The translations under genes and the position numbers were made by a program. Positions 12,193 to 22,515 of a stretch of 64,000 nt of DNA are shown piece by piece. The stretch is from an uncultured delta proteobacterium (lineage in GTDB: Bacteria; Desulfobacterota; Desulfobacteria; Desulfobacterales; JAHEIW01), in contig CAVPNL010000018.1 in the NCBI GenBank assembly GCA_963706575.1, forward strand, positions 64,001 through 128,000, given 5' to 3'. The notes below the pieces were generated by a model. That model was given only the letters and a program-made list of their open reading frames with translations. It was not told where the DNA came from and made no database searches. Each line of letters opens with the position of its first letter. Positions within the stretch are counted from its first letter, which is position 1.

Positions 12193-12983
12193 TATTTAAT
12201 TCCTCCTTTGGCTTTTAATAGGTCAATCAGTTTTTCGGCAATCTCTTCACTGCTGCCGTCAAGAATTTCAGCGCCTTCGCCCATCTCCGGAATAAAATAA
12301 TCGATGCGTTTAACTTTGGCGCCGGATTCACCCACATGTGCCGGGTCAATGCCAAGAGCAGAGGCTCCCCATACCGGTATGTCCACCGAAGCAACTTTGC
12401 GGATGCCGCGAATGCCGACATAACGGGGCTCGTTGATACCGGTTTGGATTGAAAGCACACAGGGAAGTGCAATCTCGTTCATTTCCTGATTGCCGCCCTC
12501 GATTTCCCGGCCGACTTTAAGCTGGCTGTCGCTTAAAACCTCGATGGAGTTTACCACCGATGCATAGGGCACATCCAGCATGGCGGCCAGCATGCCGCCG
12601 ATCTGGCCGGCACCATCATCCGCCTGCGCACCGGTCAGGATCAGGTCATACTTCCCCTTTTCGACCACCGCCTTCAAAATGGCGGCAACGGCTTTTCCAT
12701 CCGATCCCTCAAAGGCATCATCGGACACCAGAATGCCGTTGTTGGCGCCCATGGCCATTTCCCTTCTGACGACCTCTTCAGATTCCTCGTCACCCAGGGA
12801 AACCACCGTAACCGCACCACCTGCTTTGTCGACAAGCTGAATGGCCTCTTCGACCGCATAATTGTCCCACTCGTTTACCGAGTAAACCAGATCATCGCGC
12901 TCGATATCGGAACCGTCGCTGTTGACCTCGATCTCATTTTCAGCGGTGTCCGGAACCCTCTTCACGCATACGAGTATCTCCAT
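12192..12983 (-). CDS. etfB: Electron transfer flavoprotein beta subunit
   Basis: ILVCVKRVPDT, NEWDNYAVEEA, INEPRY. Confidence 0.95.
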   Translation of the reverse strand: MEILVCVKRVPDTAENEIEVNSDGSDIERDDLVYSVNEWDNYAVEEAIQLVDKAGGAVTVVSLGDEESEEVVRREMAMGANNGILVSDDAFEGSDGKAVAAILKAVVEKGKYDLILTGAQADDGAGQIGGMLAAMLDVPYASVVNSIEVLSDSQLKVGREIEGGNQEMNEIALPCVLSIQTGINEPRYVGIRGIRKVASVDIPVWGASALGIDPAHVGESGAKVKRIDYFIPEMGEGAEILDGSSEEIAEKLIDLLKAKGGIK

Positions 12984-13169
12984 TTTTACCTCCCGATGTC
13001 GTTAACATTTATCGATAAATTCTAAAGCTCAACTTCTTTGTAAAAAATCCTAAATTCGAATAACGAAATTCGAAACAATTTCGAAATTCGTTATTCGCAA
13101 ACTGCTCATAGCAAATGTTTTTTTGATCAAAATGGCCGCTTAAACGGTCAGTTGCGGTACTGACATCTG

Positions 13170-15269
13170 TCACCTGTCCTCCGACTCCTGACTTCTGTCC
13201 TCTGATACCAGATGCCGCTCAATGAGTTCGGTCAGATCCAGTGCTTCCATCTGCCCTTCCAGACCGCTGACTTTGATGGCATCTTCAAGGTTGACCAGAC
13301 AGAACGGGCAGGCGGTTACAATCACATCGGCGCCGGCCTTTTTGGCCATCTCCACGCGCAACACGCCCATGCGCTGGTCTTCTTCGGGTTCATAAAAGAG
13401 CATCAGCCCCCCGCCGCCGCAGCAAAAGGAACGGTCCCGGCAGTCTTCGGTCATTTCAACCCGTTTAATTCCGGGAATCGAATCGATGGCCGCGCGGGGC
13501 TCATCATAGACATTATTGTGCCGGCCCAGGTAGCAGGCATCATGATAGACATAAATTTTTGAAGCATCTTCAACCGCTTTGAGTTGAATTTTGCCGGCTT
13601 TGACACTGCGCAAAATTGTCTGGCTGATATGCTCCACCGGCGGAAGATCGGTATAGTCCTTTTTTAAAGCATTGAAGGCATGCGGATCGGCGGTCACAAT
13701 GCGTTGCGCACCCGAATTCAGGATGGCATCCGTATTTTGATCCCTTAAATCCTGAAACAGCATCTCTTCGCCGAAGCGCCGGGCTTCATGACCGCTGTCT
13801 TTTTCAGCTTTGCCGAGAATGCCGAAATCAATTTCGGCCGCATTCAGAATTTCGGCGGTGCAGCGTGCAATTTCCTGCATGCGGTCATCAAATGAAGAAA
13901 TACTGTCCACAAAATACAGAGTTTCTGCCGCAGCACCCTTTTCCAGAATTTTAGCGCTGCAATCTTCCGGAAGTTCCTTGGTCCAATCCGCGCGCTTTCT
14001 CTCCATCTTGCCCCAGGGATTGCCGCGTTTTTCAAGTGAACCCAGCGGCTTTTGCAGCGATTGGGGAACCAGCCCTTCATCGACCATACCACGCCTCAAA
14101 TCCACCATTTTATCAATGTATTCAATGCCCAGGGGGCATTCCTGTTCGCAGGCCCCGCAGGTGGTACATGACCAGATTTCATCCTCGTCATAAATATCAC
14201 CGATCAATGGTTTGGCCTCGGCGCCGTTGCCGCCGATCAGGGGATAATGTTTAAAAGCATAATCGCGGCCCTTGATGGAAATAAATCGCGGCGACAACGG
14301 TCGCCCGACCGCATTGGCCGGGCAGCGGTCGGAACAGCGGCCGCAATCCGCACAGGTATAGAAATCAAGGATATGCTTCCAGGTAAAATCCTCAAAAACC
14401 TTGACGCCAAAAGAATCCAGGTCATCGAGTTGCTCATCTGAAATGCCGTAGCGCACCGGCTTAACATTGCCCTTTTCAACCCGCATGAAAAATACATTGA
14501 AAATGGAGGTAATCACATGGAAGTGCTTGCCCAGCGGCAGAAAGCAAAGGAAAAAGAAAAAGGTCAGATCATGGATGAAATAGGTGATCAGATGCGTATT
14601 CTGCAATGCCGCCGGAGAGGAACCGCTCAGCATATGGCTGAAAAACCAGGCAAGGCTCAGTGGGGCCGGAAGCTCGGCATGCAGGCCCTTTTGGGTCTGA
14701 GCCGCGACCAGACTGGCTTCGAACAAGCTTTCCGAGAGCATCAGGGTTGATATCAGGCCAAGGACAAATACGGCTTCAGCGGTATGATCTTCTCCGTATC
14801 GGGAAGGCACGCTATAGCGTGCGGGTTTAAAAATGCCCCTGCGAACAGCGGCGATGACACAGGCAATTAAAACCCAGGTGGCGGCGTAATCTTTTAACAC
14901 GCTGTAAATCTGGCCGAAGATCCCGCTGAAGCCGGGCAAAACAAAATTTTCGGAAAAGCCCAGTATGACCAGCTGGGTTGAGCGTGCGCCCAGGATAATA
15001 AAGCCGGCAAATATGAAAATGTGTAATACGCCGGCGAGCATATACCGGGGCTGACGCCACTGAGCCAACCAGATTTTTAAAATCAGGCCGACCCGTTGCC
15101 CGATGCAGCAAAAGCGATCATCGGGAGCGGCCTTGAAAAGGGGTGTCATCCTGCGGATAATAATGTAGGCAAACAGGGCCGTACCGACAACCGGAATCAG
15201 GATGGCAAAAACGGCTGTCGGAATACCGAATATCGAGGCCGCGGCCGGCGAAGTCAATGCGGATTCCAT
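13170..15269 (-). CDS. FadF-like membrane heme b / FeS oxidoreductase (ETF:quinone oxidoreductase type)
   Basis: Multi-TM N-terminus with His residues, two 4Fe-4S motifs (CADCGRCSDRCP, CTTCGACEQECP), CCG domain (YHDACYLGR, CCGGGG, TACPFC); between acyl-CoA dehydrogenase and etfBA. Confidence 0.88.
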   Translation of the reverse strand: MESALTSPAAASIFGIPTAVFAILIPVVGTALFAYIIIRRMTPLFKAAPDDRFCCIGQRVGLILKIWLAQWRQPRYMLAGVLHIFIFAGFIILGARSTQLVILGFSENFVLPGFSGIFGQIYSVLKDYAATWVLIACVIAAVRRGIFKPARYSVPSRYGEDHTAEAVFVLGLISTLMLSESLFEASLVAAQTQKGLHAELPAPLSLAWFFSHMLSGSSPAALQNTHLITYFIHDLTFFFFLCFLPLGKHFHVITSIFNVFFMRVEKGNVKPVRYGISDEQLDDLDSFGVKVFEDFTWKHILDFYTCADCGRCSDRCPANAVGRPLSPRFISIKGRDYAFKHYPLIGGNGAEAKPLIGDIYDEDEIWSCTTCGACEQECPLGIEYIDKMVDLRRGMVDEGLVPQSLQKPLGSLEKRGNPWGKMERKRADWTKELPEDCSAKILEKGAAAETLYFVDSISSFDDRMQEIARCTAEILNAAEIDFGILGKAEKDSGHEARRFGEEMLFQDLRDQNTDAILNSGAQRIVTADPHAFNALKKDYTDLPPVEHISQTILRSVKAGKIQLKAVEDASKIYVYHDACYLGRHNNVYDEPRAAIDSIPGIKRVEMTEDCRDRSFCCGGGGLMLFYEPEEDQRMGVLRVEMAKKAGADVIVTACPFCLVNLEDAIKVSGLEGQMEALDLTELIERHLVSEDRSQESEDR

Positions 15270-15473
15270 TATTATGGTTTTTCCCCCTTTTTGTAACTTA
15301 ACTGATCTTTTTCGTGGCTGGAAGCCACTCCCACATCGTGTTGCAGACATTAATACGTGGGATCCCGCCTCACGGGAGATTTACCAGCAAGTTTATCGAT
15401 GATTCATAATCGGCAGCCTTTAAACCAAGGGAGCATGCATATCAAAAATATCATCGTCAGGCAATAGTTCTCA

Positions 15474-15702
15474 TCAGGTTCAGAGGTTCAGGATTCAGAG
15501 GTTCAGGGTTCAAGGTTCAAGGTTCCAAGCTTGAAGGCCAGTTTCATTGGTTAGATTGGTCTTATTGGTTCAATTGGTTCAGTTAAGTAACTAATTCAGC
15601 CAATTAAACTAATTTAACCAATAAAACGCTTCAGACTGATGAAAGGATATAATGAAGCTTGGAACCTTTGAACCTTTGAACCCTGAACCTCGGAACCTCG
15701 GA
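15474..15702. repeat. Nested inverted arrays of short tandem repeats
   Basis: (GGTTCA[A/G])n...AAGCTT mirrored by AAGCTT...(TGAACC)n, enclosing (ATTGGTT)n/(AACCAAT)-type units. Confidence 0.75.
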
Positions 15703-17524
15703 CTACTTCCCTCCGAAAGCATCTGCTGAAATATCAACTGCCGCACTGTCGGCCGCTAGAATCGCTTCCATTTTGCCGAGGCTGACCGGTAAAATCGAAT
15801 TCGCGAAAAATTCGATGCTTTTGATCTGGCCTTCGTAAAAGGCCACATCTTTTTTCTTGGCGCCGTTTTCCAGATTTTGAGCCGCCAGGGAAGCCCGCCA
15901 CAACAGCAGCCAGGCAAAAACCACATCACCGCAAACCTCCATAAAGGAATAAGCGTGGGCAAACGCGTTCATGCGCGTATCGATTGACAATGCCGCTTGA
16001 CCGATGTGCAACATCACTTCGCCCAGCTTATTAACAGCGGCCTCAACTTTAGCGGCCGTATCTTTCAGGTTCGAAATCGCCTTGGCAGCAGCCAATGTCT
16101 GCTGGATCTCGCCCAATAGATCCATAACCGGCTTGCCTTGATTCATGCCCAGCTTGCGGGCCAACAGATCCATAGCCTGAATGCCGTTGGTCCCTTCGTA
16201 GATCTGGGTAATCCGGCAGTCGCGCAGCAGCTGTTCCATGGGATATTCCTTGATGTAGCCGTAGCCGCCGTAAACCTGAACACCCAGGCTGCAAACCTCG
16301 AAGGCTTTATCCGTCACGTACCCCTTGGCGATGGGAATCAGCAGATCGATTAAACCCTGATGCTTGGCCTTATCCTCTTCTTTGTCACCGGTACGAAGGT
16401 GGTCCTCGCAGTTTCCGATATAGTATATGAGGCTGCGCATGCCTTCGACATAGGCCTTCATGGTCAAGAGCATGCGCCGGATATCGGGATGCTCGATGAT
16501 GGAAACCGAGGGGGCACCGTCTTCGGTAGCTTTTAAAAGATGCCGGCCCTGCACCCGCTCGCGCGCATAGTTGACGGCATAAATATAGGCGGAGCTGGCA
16601 CATGCCAGGCCCTGGAGTCCCACCAGCAGCCGCGCCTCGTTCATCATCTGGAACATGGCCCGCATGCCTTTATTTTCCTCACCCAGCAGTGTTCCGCGAC
16701 AATTGCCTTTGCTGCCGAGGGATAAGGAGGCAGGTCGCATTACCGTGAATACCCATTTTTTCCTCGATACCGGTACAGACCACATCATTGGGCTCGCCCA
16801 GGCTGCCGTCGTCGTTCACCCAAATTTTCGGCACCAGAAAAAGCGAGATCCCCCTGGTGCCTTCCGGGGCCCCTTCGATGCGGGCCAGCACCGGGTGAAT
16901 GATGTTTTCCGCCATATCGTGCTCGCCCGATGATATAAAAATCTTGTTGCCCGTAATCGAATAAGTGCCGTCGTCATTTTTAACTGCCGAGGTCGTCAAT
17001 GCGCCCACATCGGAGCCGGCTTCGGGTTCGGTCAACAGCATCGTACCGGTCCATTCCCCGGTGAACATCTTTTTTAAAAACAGGTCTTTTTGCTTTTGGG
17101 TGCCGAATGTTTGAACCAGCCGGCCGGCGCCATGGGTCAGACCGGGATACATCATAAAGGCAAAATTGGCACCGATAAAATAATCATTGGCAGCCAGAGA
17201 AAGGGTGGCCGGCATGCCCTGCCCGCCCCAGGCCGGGTCATCGGAAAGGGCAACCCATTCACCTTCTTTAAAAAGATCCCAGGCCTTGTGGAATGATTCC
17301 GGCAGCGTCACATTGCCGCCTTCAAAGCGGGCGCCCTCGCGGTCGCCGTCGATCTGAGCCGGCAAAAGCTCTTTGACCGCCAGATTGCGGGCCTCGGACA
17401 TGATCAAATCGATGGTTTTTTTGTTAAATTCTGCATACTTCTCATGTTTGCTCAGGTCTGCGACGTTTAGCTGCTCATGCAGAACAAAATCGATATCTTT
17501 ACGATCTGCAATAAATTGTGCCAT
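15703..17524 (-). CDS. Acyl-CoA dehydrogenase, long ~600-aa type (frameshift near 16730)
   Basis: GTMLLTEPEAGSDVG, GNKIFIS, EEKMGIHGNAT, QVYGGYGY, QIYEGTNGIQAMDL. Confidence 0.92.
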
Positions 17525-17582
17525 TTTTGATTATCTCCTCGTTTAGATAAAAATTACCGGCAAAATTTTAGCCCGGTCAAAT

Positions 17583-18200
17583 TTAAGGTGTTGAAGGGCC
17601 ACTATGTCCAATACCATTTATAAAGAGCTCGACCAGTGGATCGGCCATCGAAACCAGGTCATATTCCCCATTCGAGTGCAGCCAGGTATTGATGACTTCA
17701 TCCACCGCGCCGATGATAAAGCGTTTGACCAATCCGACATAGAGATCCCTGCGAATCGTACCTTCCTGCTGGCCCAGCTCGACGATCTCGGAGATGAGAT
17801 CCCGATACATCTGGGACATTTCTTTAATCTGCGCTTCCGCCAGACGGCTGTTCTGATGGGTTTCAACCTGGTAGACCACCGCCCCATCTTTGTCGCGCTG
17901 AAACTCGGCCAGGTGGCGACGCACAAGGTTTCGCAATTTATCGGCACTTGTTTCAGCCCCATCAACGGCCTCCCTGAAAGATACAAATACCTGTTTGGCC
18001 CGAAAACTGAAAAATTGAACCAAAATATCGTTCTTATTTTTGAAATACAGATAGATGGTGCCGTCGGCGACCCCGGCTTCTTTGGCAATCTGGGCAACGG
18101 TCGACTGGTGAAATCCCTGCCTGGCAAAAACCGTCACTGCCGCTTCAAGAATCTGATGATATTTATTATTTTTTTCGACACGGTTCGTAGCTTCTCTCAC
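17583..18200 (-). CDS. TetR family regulator (FadR/YsiA-like)
   Basis: ILEAAVTVFARQGFHQSTVAQIAKEAGVADGTIYLYFKNK HTH; heads the acyl-CoA dehydrogenase operon. Confidence 0.9.
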   Translation of the reverse strand: MREATNRVEKNNKYHQILEAAVTVFARQGFHQSTVAQIAKEAGVADGTIYLYFKNKNDILVQFFSFRAKQVFVSFREAVDGAETSADKLRNLVRRHLAEFQRDKDGAVVYQVETHQNSRLAEAQIKEMSQMYRDLISEIVELGQQEGTIRRDLYVGLVKRFIIGAVDEVINTWLHSNGEYDLVSMADPLVELFINGIGHSGPSTP

Positions 18201-18227
18201 ATGTGCGGTCCTTTCAAAAAATAGAAA

Positions 18228-18247
18228 ATGAATGAATGTTCATTCAT
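18228..18247. promoter_or_regulatory. Palindromic TetR operator next to a sigma70-type promoter
   Basis: ATGAATGAATGTTCATTCAT; minus-strand TTGACA at 18277-18272. Confidence 0.75.
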
Positions 18248-18553
18248 TTTTTAACAGACATTGTCTCCGTCTGTCAAGCACAAATTCAAAAAATATTTCA
18301 ATCGATTTTTGTTTTAATTACAGAATACTAATGGATAAATCAGATAAATTATCAGAAAAACAACGCTCTTTTAAGGCGTATATGATAAATGAGCTTCCAT
18401 TCATCAAGATGAAAGATCTTTTGAAGACATACATCCTTGGGTGGGTTAAAAAATAGCTTGACACAATTTCAGTATTTAATATTGATGAAGAGGTTATTCA
18501 AAAGCATTTAGTCAGTTAGGTTGAAACATGATCAAAATGGTAAAGGATGTGCT

Positions 18554-19318
18554 ATGAGTTTAAAAATATTTGATTTGACAGGAAAAACGGCTATGGTAAC
18601 CGGCAGCACGAAAGGGCTGGGCGAGGTGGCGGCAGTCGCTTTGGCGAAAGCCGGGGCAAACATCGCTGTGTGCGGTCGAAATCGTGAAAATTTGGAAAAA
18701 GTCTCGACGTCCATTAAAAATTTGGGAAGAGATTCGGCCGGCTTTTTTCTGGACGTTACATCCAAGCAAAGCGTCCAGGAGGCCGTTGAGCAAATACTCA
18801 AGCATTTTGGAAAAGTCGACATTTTAGTCAATAACGCCGGTGTAAACCACCGGGTTCCTGTTCTCGAGTTTACCGAAGAGGCCTGGGACCTTGTTATCAA
18901 CACGAATCTGAAAGGATATTTCCTGGTCACCCAGGCCGTGGTGCCGCAAATGATCGAGCGCGGATATGGTAAGGTCATCAATATAAGTTCTATTTTCGGT
19001 CTTACCCCTCTACCGGATCAACTTGCCTATTCATCATCAAAAGGCGGGGTGAATCAGCTTACCCGGGTAATGGCTTTAGAATGGGCCAAGAAAGGAATCC
19101 GTGTTAATGCAGTGGCGCCAACTTATTTTGAAACCGAATTTGTGACTCAAATTAGAAATGATCCTGAGAAATTCAAATTTATTAATGAGCGCACACCAAT
19201 GGGCCGATGGGGGCAGCCGGAGGAAATGGAGGGAATTGTTATTTTCCTTGCGACGCCTGCCTCGGATTTCATTACCGGTCAAATTATTTACATCGATGGG
19301 GGATGGACGGTGTGGTAA
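18554..19318 (+). CDS. SDR oxidoreductase (gluconate 5-dehydrogenase/KduD-like)
   Basis: TGSTKGLG, NNAG, YSSSK, FITGQIIYIDGG. Confidence 0.88.
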   Translation: MSLKIFDLTGKTAMVTGSTKGLGEVAAVALAKAGANIAVCGRNRENLEKVSTSIKNLGRDSAGFFLDVTSKQSVQEAVEQILKHFGKVDILVNNAGVNHRVPVLEFTEEAWDLVINTNLKGYFLVTQAVVPQMIERGYGKVINISSIFGLTPLPDQLAYSSSKGGVNQLTRVMALEWAKKGIRVNAVAPTYFETEFVTQIRNDPEKFKFINERTPMGRWGQPEEMEGIVIFLATPASDFITGQIIYIDGGWTVW

Positions 19319-19321
19319 ATA

Positions 19322-19511
19322 GAAACCGTCTCAAAAATGTCTTTTGGTCCAATATCTTTGTTGGTGCCTCGTCTCAAATCCTCGACAACCAACAGGTTGC
19401 CTGCGGTTTTCGACCCACAAGGAATCTAAGATCAGACGGGGAATCCCGCAACGCGGGAAAACTCGGCCCCGCCGCGATCTTGAACCAAAATCCTATTTTT
19501 GAGACGGTTTC
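19322..19511. mobile_element. MITE-like element with 17-bp terminal inverted repeats
   Basis: GAAACCGTCTCAAAAAT ... ATTTTTGAGACGGTTTC; non-coding, sits between two co-oriented genes. Confidence 0.55.
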
Positions 19512-19522
19512 AAGGAGGGCAG

Positions 19523-21202
19523 ATGTATTCCATTTATGAAAAAAGACCTTGGTTAAAAAATTACCCTGAATGGGTGCCCCACGATATTGAAATTCGCAAT
19601 AATACTGCTATAGGCGACTTTATGACGTCTGCTTATCAAAAACCGGACGCACCGGCAGTTCATTATTTTGATGAAACCCTTTCGTACAGAGATATTGACA
19701 GATTATCAGACAGTTTCGCAGCTGCGCTAAAAAACCTTGGAGTTGCAAAAGGGGATCGCGTTATTCTGGTTCTTCAAAATATTCCCCAATTTTTAATCAG
19801 CACCTATGCTGCCTGGAAAATTGGAGCGATCGTAGTCCCTCTAAATCCCATGTATAAAGAGAAGGAATTGTCTTACTTCTGTGAAAATTCAAATGCAAAA
19901 ATATTTATCACCCTGGAAGAGATTGCCGGTCAATTAAAAATTTCATTTCTGAAGAAATCGTCAATCGAAAAGGTGATTACAACTTCCCCTTTGGATTTTT
20001 TGTCCGACCAGATTAACCTGCCGAAATTGCTAAACAACACCCAAAAAAAATCTGTGCCTGACTGCATTGATATGCTTGAGTTGATCAATCGGTATCAGGG
20101 AGCCCAGATCACCTGTTCCAAGATATCAGCTGAAGATACCGCCTATCTCACTTATACCTCCGGAACCACAGGTTCTCCCAAAGGCGCAATGAACACCCAT
20201 GGAAACATCGCCTTTAATGCACGTGTTTATCAGGCCATGCAACGAATTGATGAAACCGATGTCATTCTGGGTGTGGCGCCCTTATTCCATGTAACCGGAG
20301 AAGTGGCACATTTAGCAACTGCTGCGCTTGCGGGCATTCCAGTTGTGCTATATTACCGCTTCGATCCCGCAGAAACACTTCGCTTGATAGAACGCTGGAA
20401 AATCACCACCACTGTGGCATCCATTACGGTTTATATCGCTTTAATGAACCATCCGGATATTAAGAAGAGAGACCTTGCCAGCTTTACGAAAGCATATAGT
20501 GGCGGAGCTCCGGTTTCAGAGGCTGTTGTAAATCAATTTGAAAAGATGACGGGGCAGTATCTTTACAATGTATACGGCATGACGGAGACAAACTCGCCAT
20601 CTCACATTGTTCCTTTGGGCAAAAGGGCACCCGTAGACCGGGAGAGCGGAGCGCTTTCAGTTGGGGTCCCGGTACCGGGCTGCATTATGAAGATAGTGGA
20701 CCTGGAAGAGGATACAAATGAGCTCCCACCAGACCAGATTGGCGAAATCGTTGATTCCGGGCCAATCATTGTGCCCGGTTATTGGCAGCAGCCGGAAGAA
20801 ACCAAAAAGGCCATCCGCAACGGTTGGTTATATACCGGTGATGTCGGGAAGATGGATGATAAGGGTTGGTTTTATGTCGTCGACCGCAAAAAGGATCTGA
20901 TTATCGCATCCGGATATAAAGTATGGCCTCGTGACGTTGAAGATGTCATCTACCAGCACCCTGCAGTCAGAGAGACCGCGGTGGTCGGCATCCCGGATTC
21001 ATACAGGGGGGAAACAGTGAAGGCATATGTGGCTTTAAAAAAGGGGCAGGAAAATTCGATTGGGCCTGAAGATATCATATCTTTTTGTAAAGAACGATTG
21101 GCGGCATACAAATATCCGCGTGAAGTTGAAATCGTTTCTGAAATCCCTAAAACATTAACCGGGAAAATTCTTAGAAGAATGCTGCGACAAAAGGAGAAGT
21201 AA
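19523..21202 (+). CDS. Long-chain fatty acid--CoA ligase (AMP-binding)
   Basis: YTSGTTGSPKG, YGMTE, GWLYTGD, PKTLTGKILRR. Confidence 0.9.
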   Translation: MYSIYEKRPWLKNYPEWVPHDIEIRNNTAIGDFMTSAYQKPDAPAVHYFDETLSYRDIDRLSDSFAAALKNLGVAKGDRVILVLQNIPQFLISTYAAWKIGAIVVPLNPMYKEKELSYFCENSNAKIFITLEEIAGQLKISFLKKSSIEKVITTSPLDFLSDQINLPKLLNNTQKKSVPDCIDMLELINRYQGAQITCSKISAEDTAYLTYTSGTTGSPKGAMNTHGNIAFNARVYQAMQRIDETDVILGVAPLFHVTGEVAHLATAALAGIPVVLYYRFDPAETLRLIERWKITTTVASITVYIALMNHPDIKKRDLASFTKAYSGGAPVSEAVVNQFEKMTGQYLYNVYGMTETNSPSHIVPLGKRAPVDRESGALSVGVPVPGCIMKIVDLEEDTNELPPDQIGEIVDSGPIIVPGYWQQPEETKKAIRNGWLYTGDVGKMDDKGWFYVVDRKKDLIIASGYKVWPRDVEDVIYQHPAVRETAVVGIPDSYRGETVKAYVALKKGQENSIGPEDIISFCKERLAAYKYPREVEIVSEIPKTLTGKILRRMLRQKEK

Positions 21203-21280
21203 ACCCCGCGGCAACCTTACAAGGACGGGATGCCGCCGGAAACAACCATTTATGCGAAGGCACCAACTTGCATGTACGCA

Positions 21281-22480
21281 TCAACAGCCGTCATCCATCT
21301 TTTCGATCAGATCTAGGAAAAAAGGCAGGCCTGATCCCACAATAATGATACCGCCTGCCAGAACAATACCGCTGGCAAACGTCACCGTCTGCCCCATGTA
21401 TCCGAGCAGTAAGGGGAAAAGCCCACCTCCCAGGACAATGGCGCTCGGTGTCACCCAGGCGGTGGCCAGGCTTCGAAGATTCGGCTGCACGATCCGTGCA
21501 AGGGCGGCGAAACCCGCCGGAAAATAGCACACAATCAGCGCCGGTTGAAGGAACACAACGATCTTGAGCCAAAGATCGGAGACCAGGCCCAGCAAGAGGG
21601 TGACGATCCCTGAGACCAGGAGAAAAACGGAGATTGCCTTTTTTTCTCCGATTCTGTCCGTCACCCAGCCGGCAAAAAAGGTCATGAAAAGGGCGGATAC
21701 CTGGGACAGTCCGATCAGCATGTTGGCCGATGCTTCCGGTATTCCCCGTTCGGCGATCAGATAAAGCGGCATCATGGCGTAAATGCCCACCTGTCCACCC
21801 ATGCCGAGGGCAAAAAGGATGATCATGATCCAGAAGGATCGGCCGGACAATATGATACGGGCCATGGACAGGTCCGGTGCATCCCCCGGAAACTGTCCGA
21901 TGGTTCCGAAACGGATCAATATCACCGCCGTGGCAATACCCGCTATGGCAATAACCACCATGGGCGCGCGCCAGGAAAACCAGGTCAGAAGGAATACGGT
22001 CAGCAAGGGGCCTAAAATAAGGCTCAAGGGCGGAGCCGTCTGCTGGACGGCCAGGGCCTTGCCCCAGTCCTGGCGGCTGACAAGGGCTGTAATGGTGGCC
22101 ACATTCGATGGCAGATTCATGCCCGCCATAAGACCCAGCATCAGCACAGCCCCCCGTAAGGCCCACAACGAGGTAAGCATCGTGCACAGCAGAAGGGCCA
22201 AGGAGGTGCCAATAAGGGACAGGGCGATGGCTCCCTTGTGCTGAATGCGGGATGAGACAAAGCCCGCCGACAGGGAGCCAATAAATACGCCCACCGATCC
22301 GGAAAGGAATATGGAGCCGGCCTGGCTGTGGGAAAGCCCCAGTTCACTGCTCATGGCCGGCATCAGTGGAGCGAAGATAAACCGGCCGATGAAGGTTAGA
22401 AAGAACAGCAGTGTTAGGAAAAGAATACTCCCGATCGCTCCGCTGAACGGTTCCGGTACAGGGCAGTCTTTGTCCGACAC
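21281..22480 (-). CDS. MFS transporter
   Basis: About 12 hydrophobic helices; GWVTDRIGEK motif. Confidence 0.85.
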   Translation of the reverse strand: MSDKDCPVPEPFSGAIGSILFLTLLFFLTFIGRFIFAPLMPAMSSELGLSHSQAGSIFLSGSVGVFIGSLSAGFVSSRIQHKGAIALSLIGTSLALLLCTMLTSLWALRGAVLMLGLMAGMNLPSNVATITALVSRQDWGKALAVQQTAPPLSLILGPLLTVFLLTWFSWRAPMVVIAIAGIATAVILIRFGTIGQFPGDAPDLSMARIILSGRSFWIMIILFALGMGGQVGIYAMMPLYLIAERGIPEASANMLIGLSQVSALFMTFFAGWVTDRIGEKKAISVFLLVSGIVTLLLGLVSDLWLKIVVFLQPALIVCYFPAGFAALARIVQPNLRSLATAWVTPSAIVLGGGLFPLLLGYMGQTVTFASGIVLAGGIIIVGSGLPFFLDLIEKMDDGC

Positions 22481-22515
22481 ATGAAACTCCTTGAATTATG
22501 TGTTTGGCATCTTGT

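Noticed and set aside
15270..15350. N-terminal extension of the FeS oxidoreductase
   Set aside because: Derived from a REP-like palindrome; an RBS-like AAGGGGGA precedes the ATG at 15269.
15474..15702. Possible CRISPR array
   Set aside because: Units are 7-9 bp with no unique spacers, and there are no cas genes in the window.
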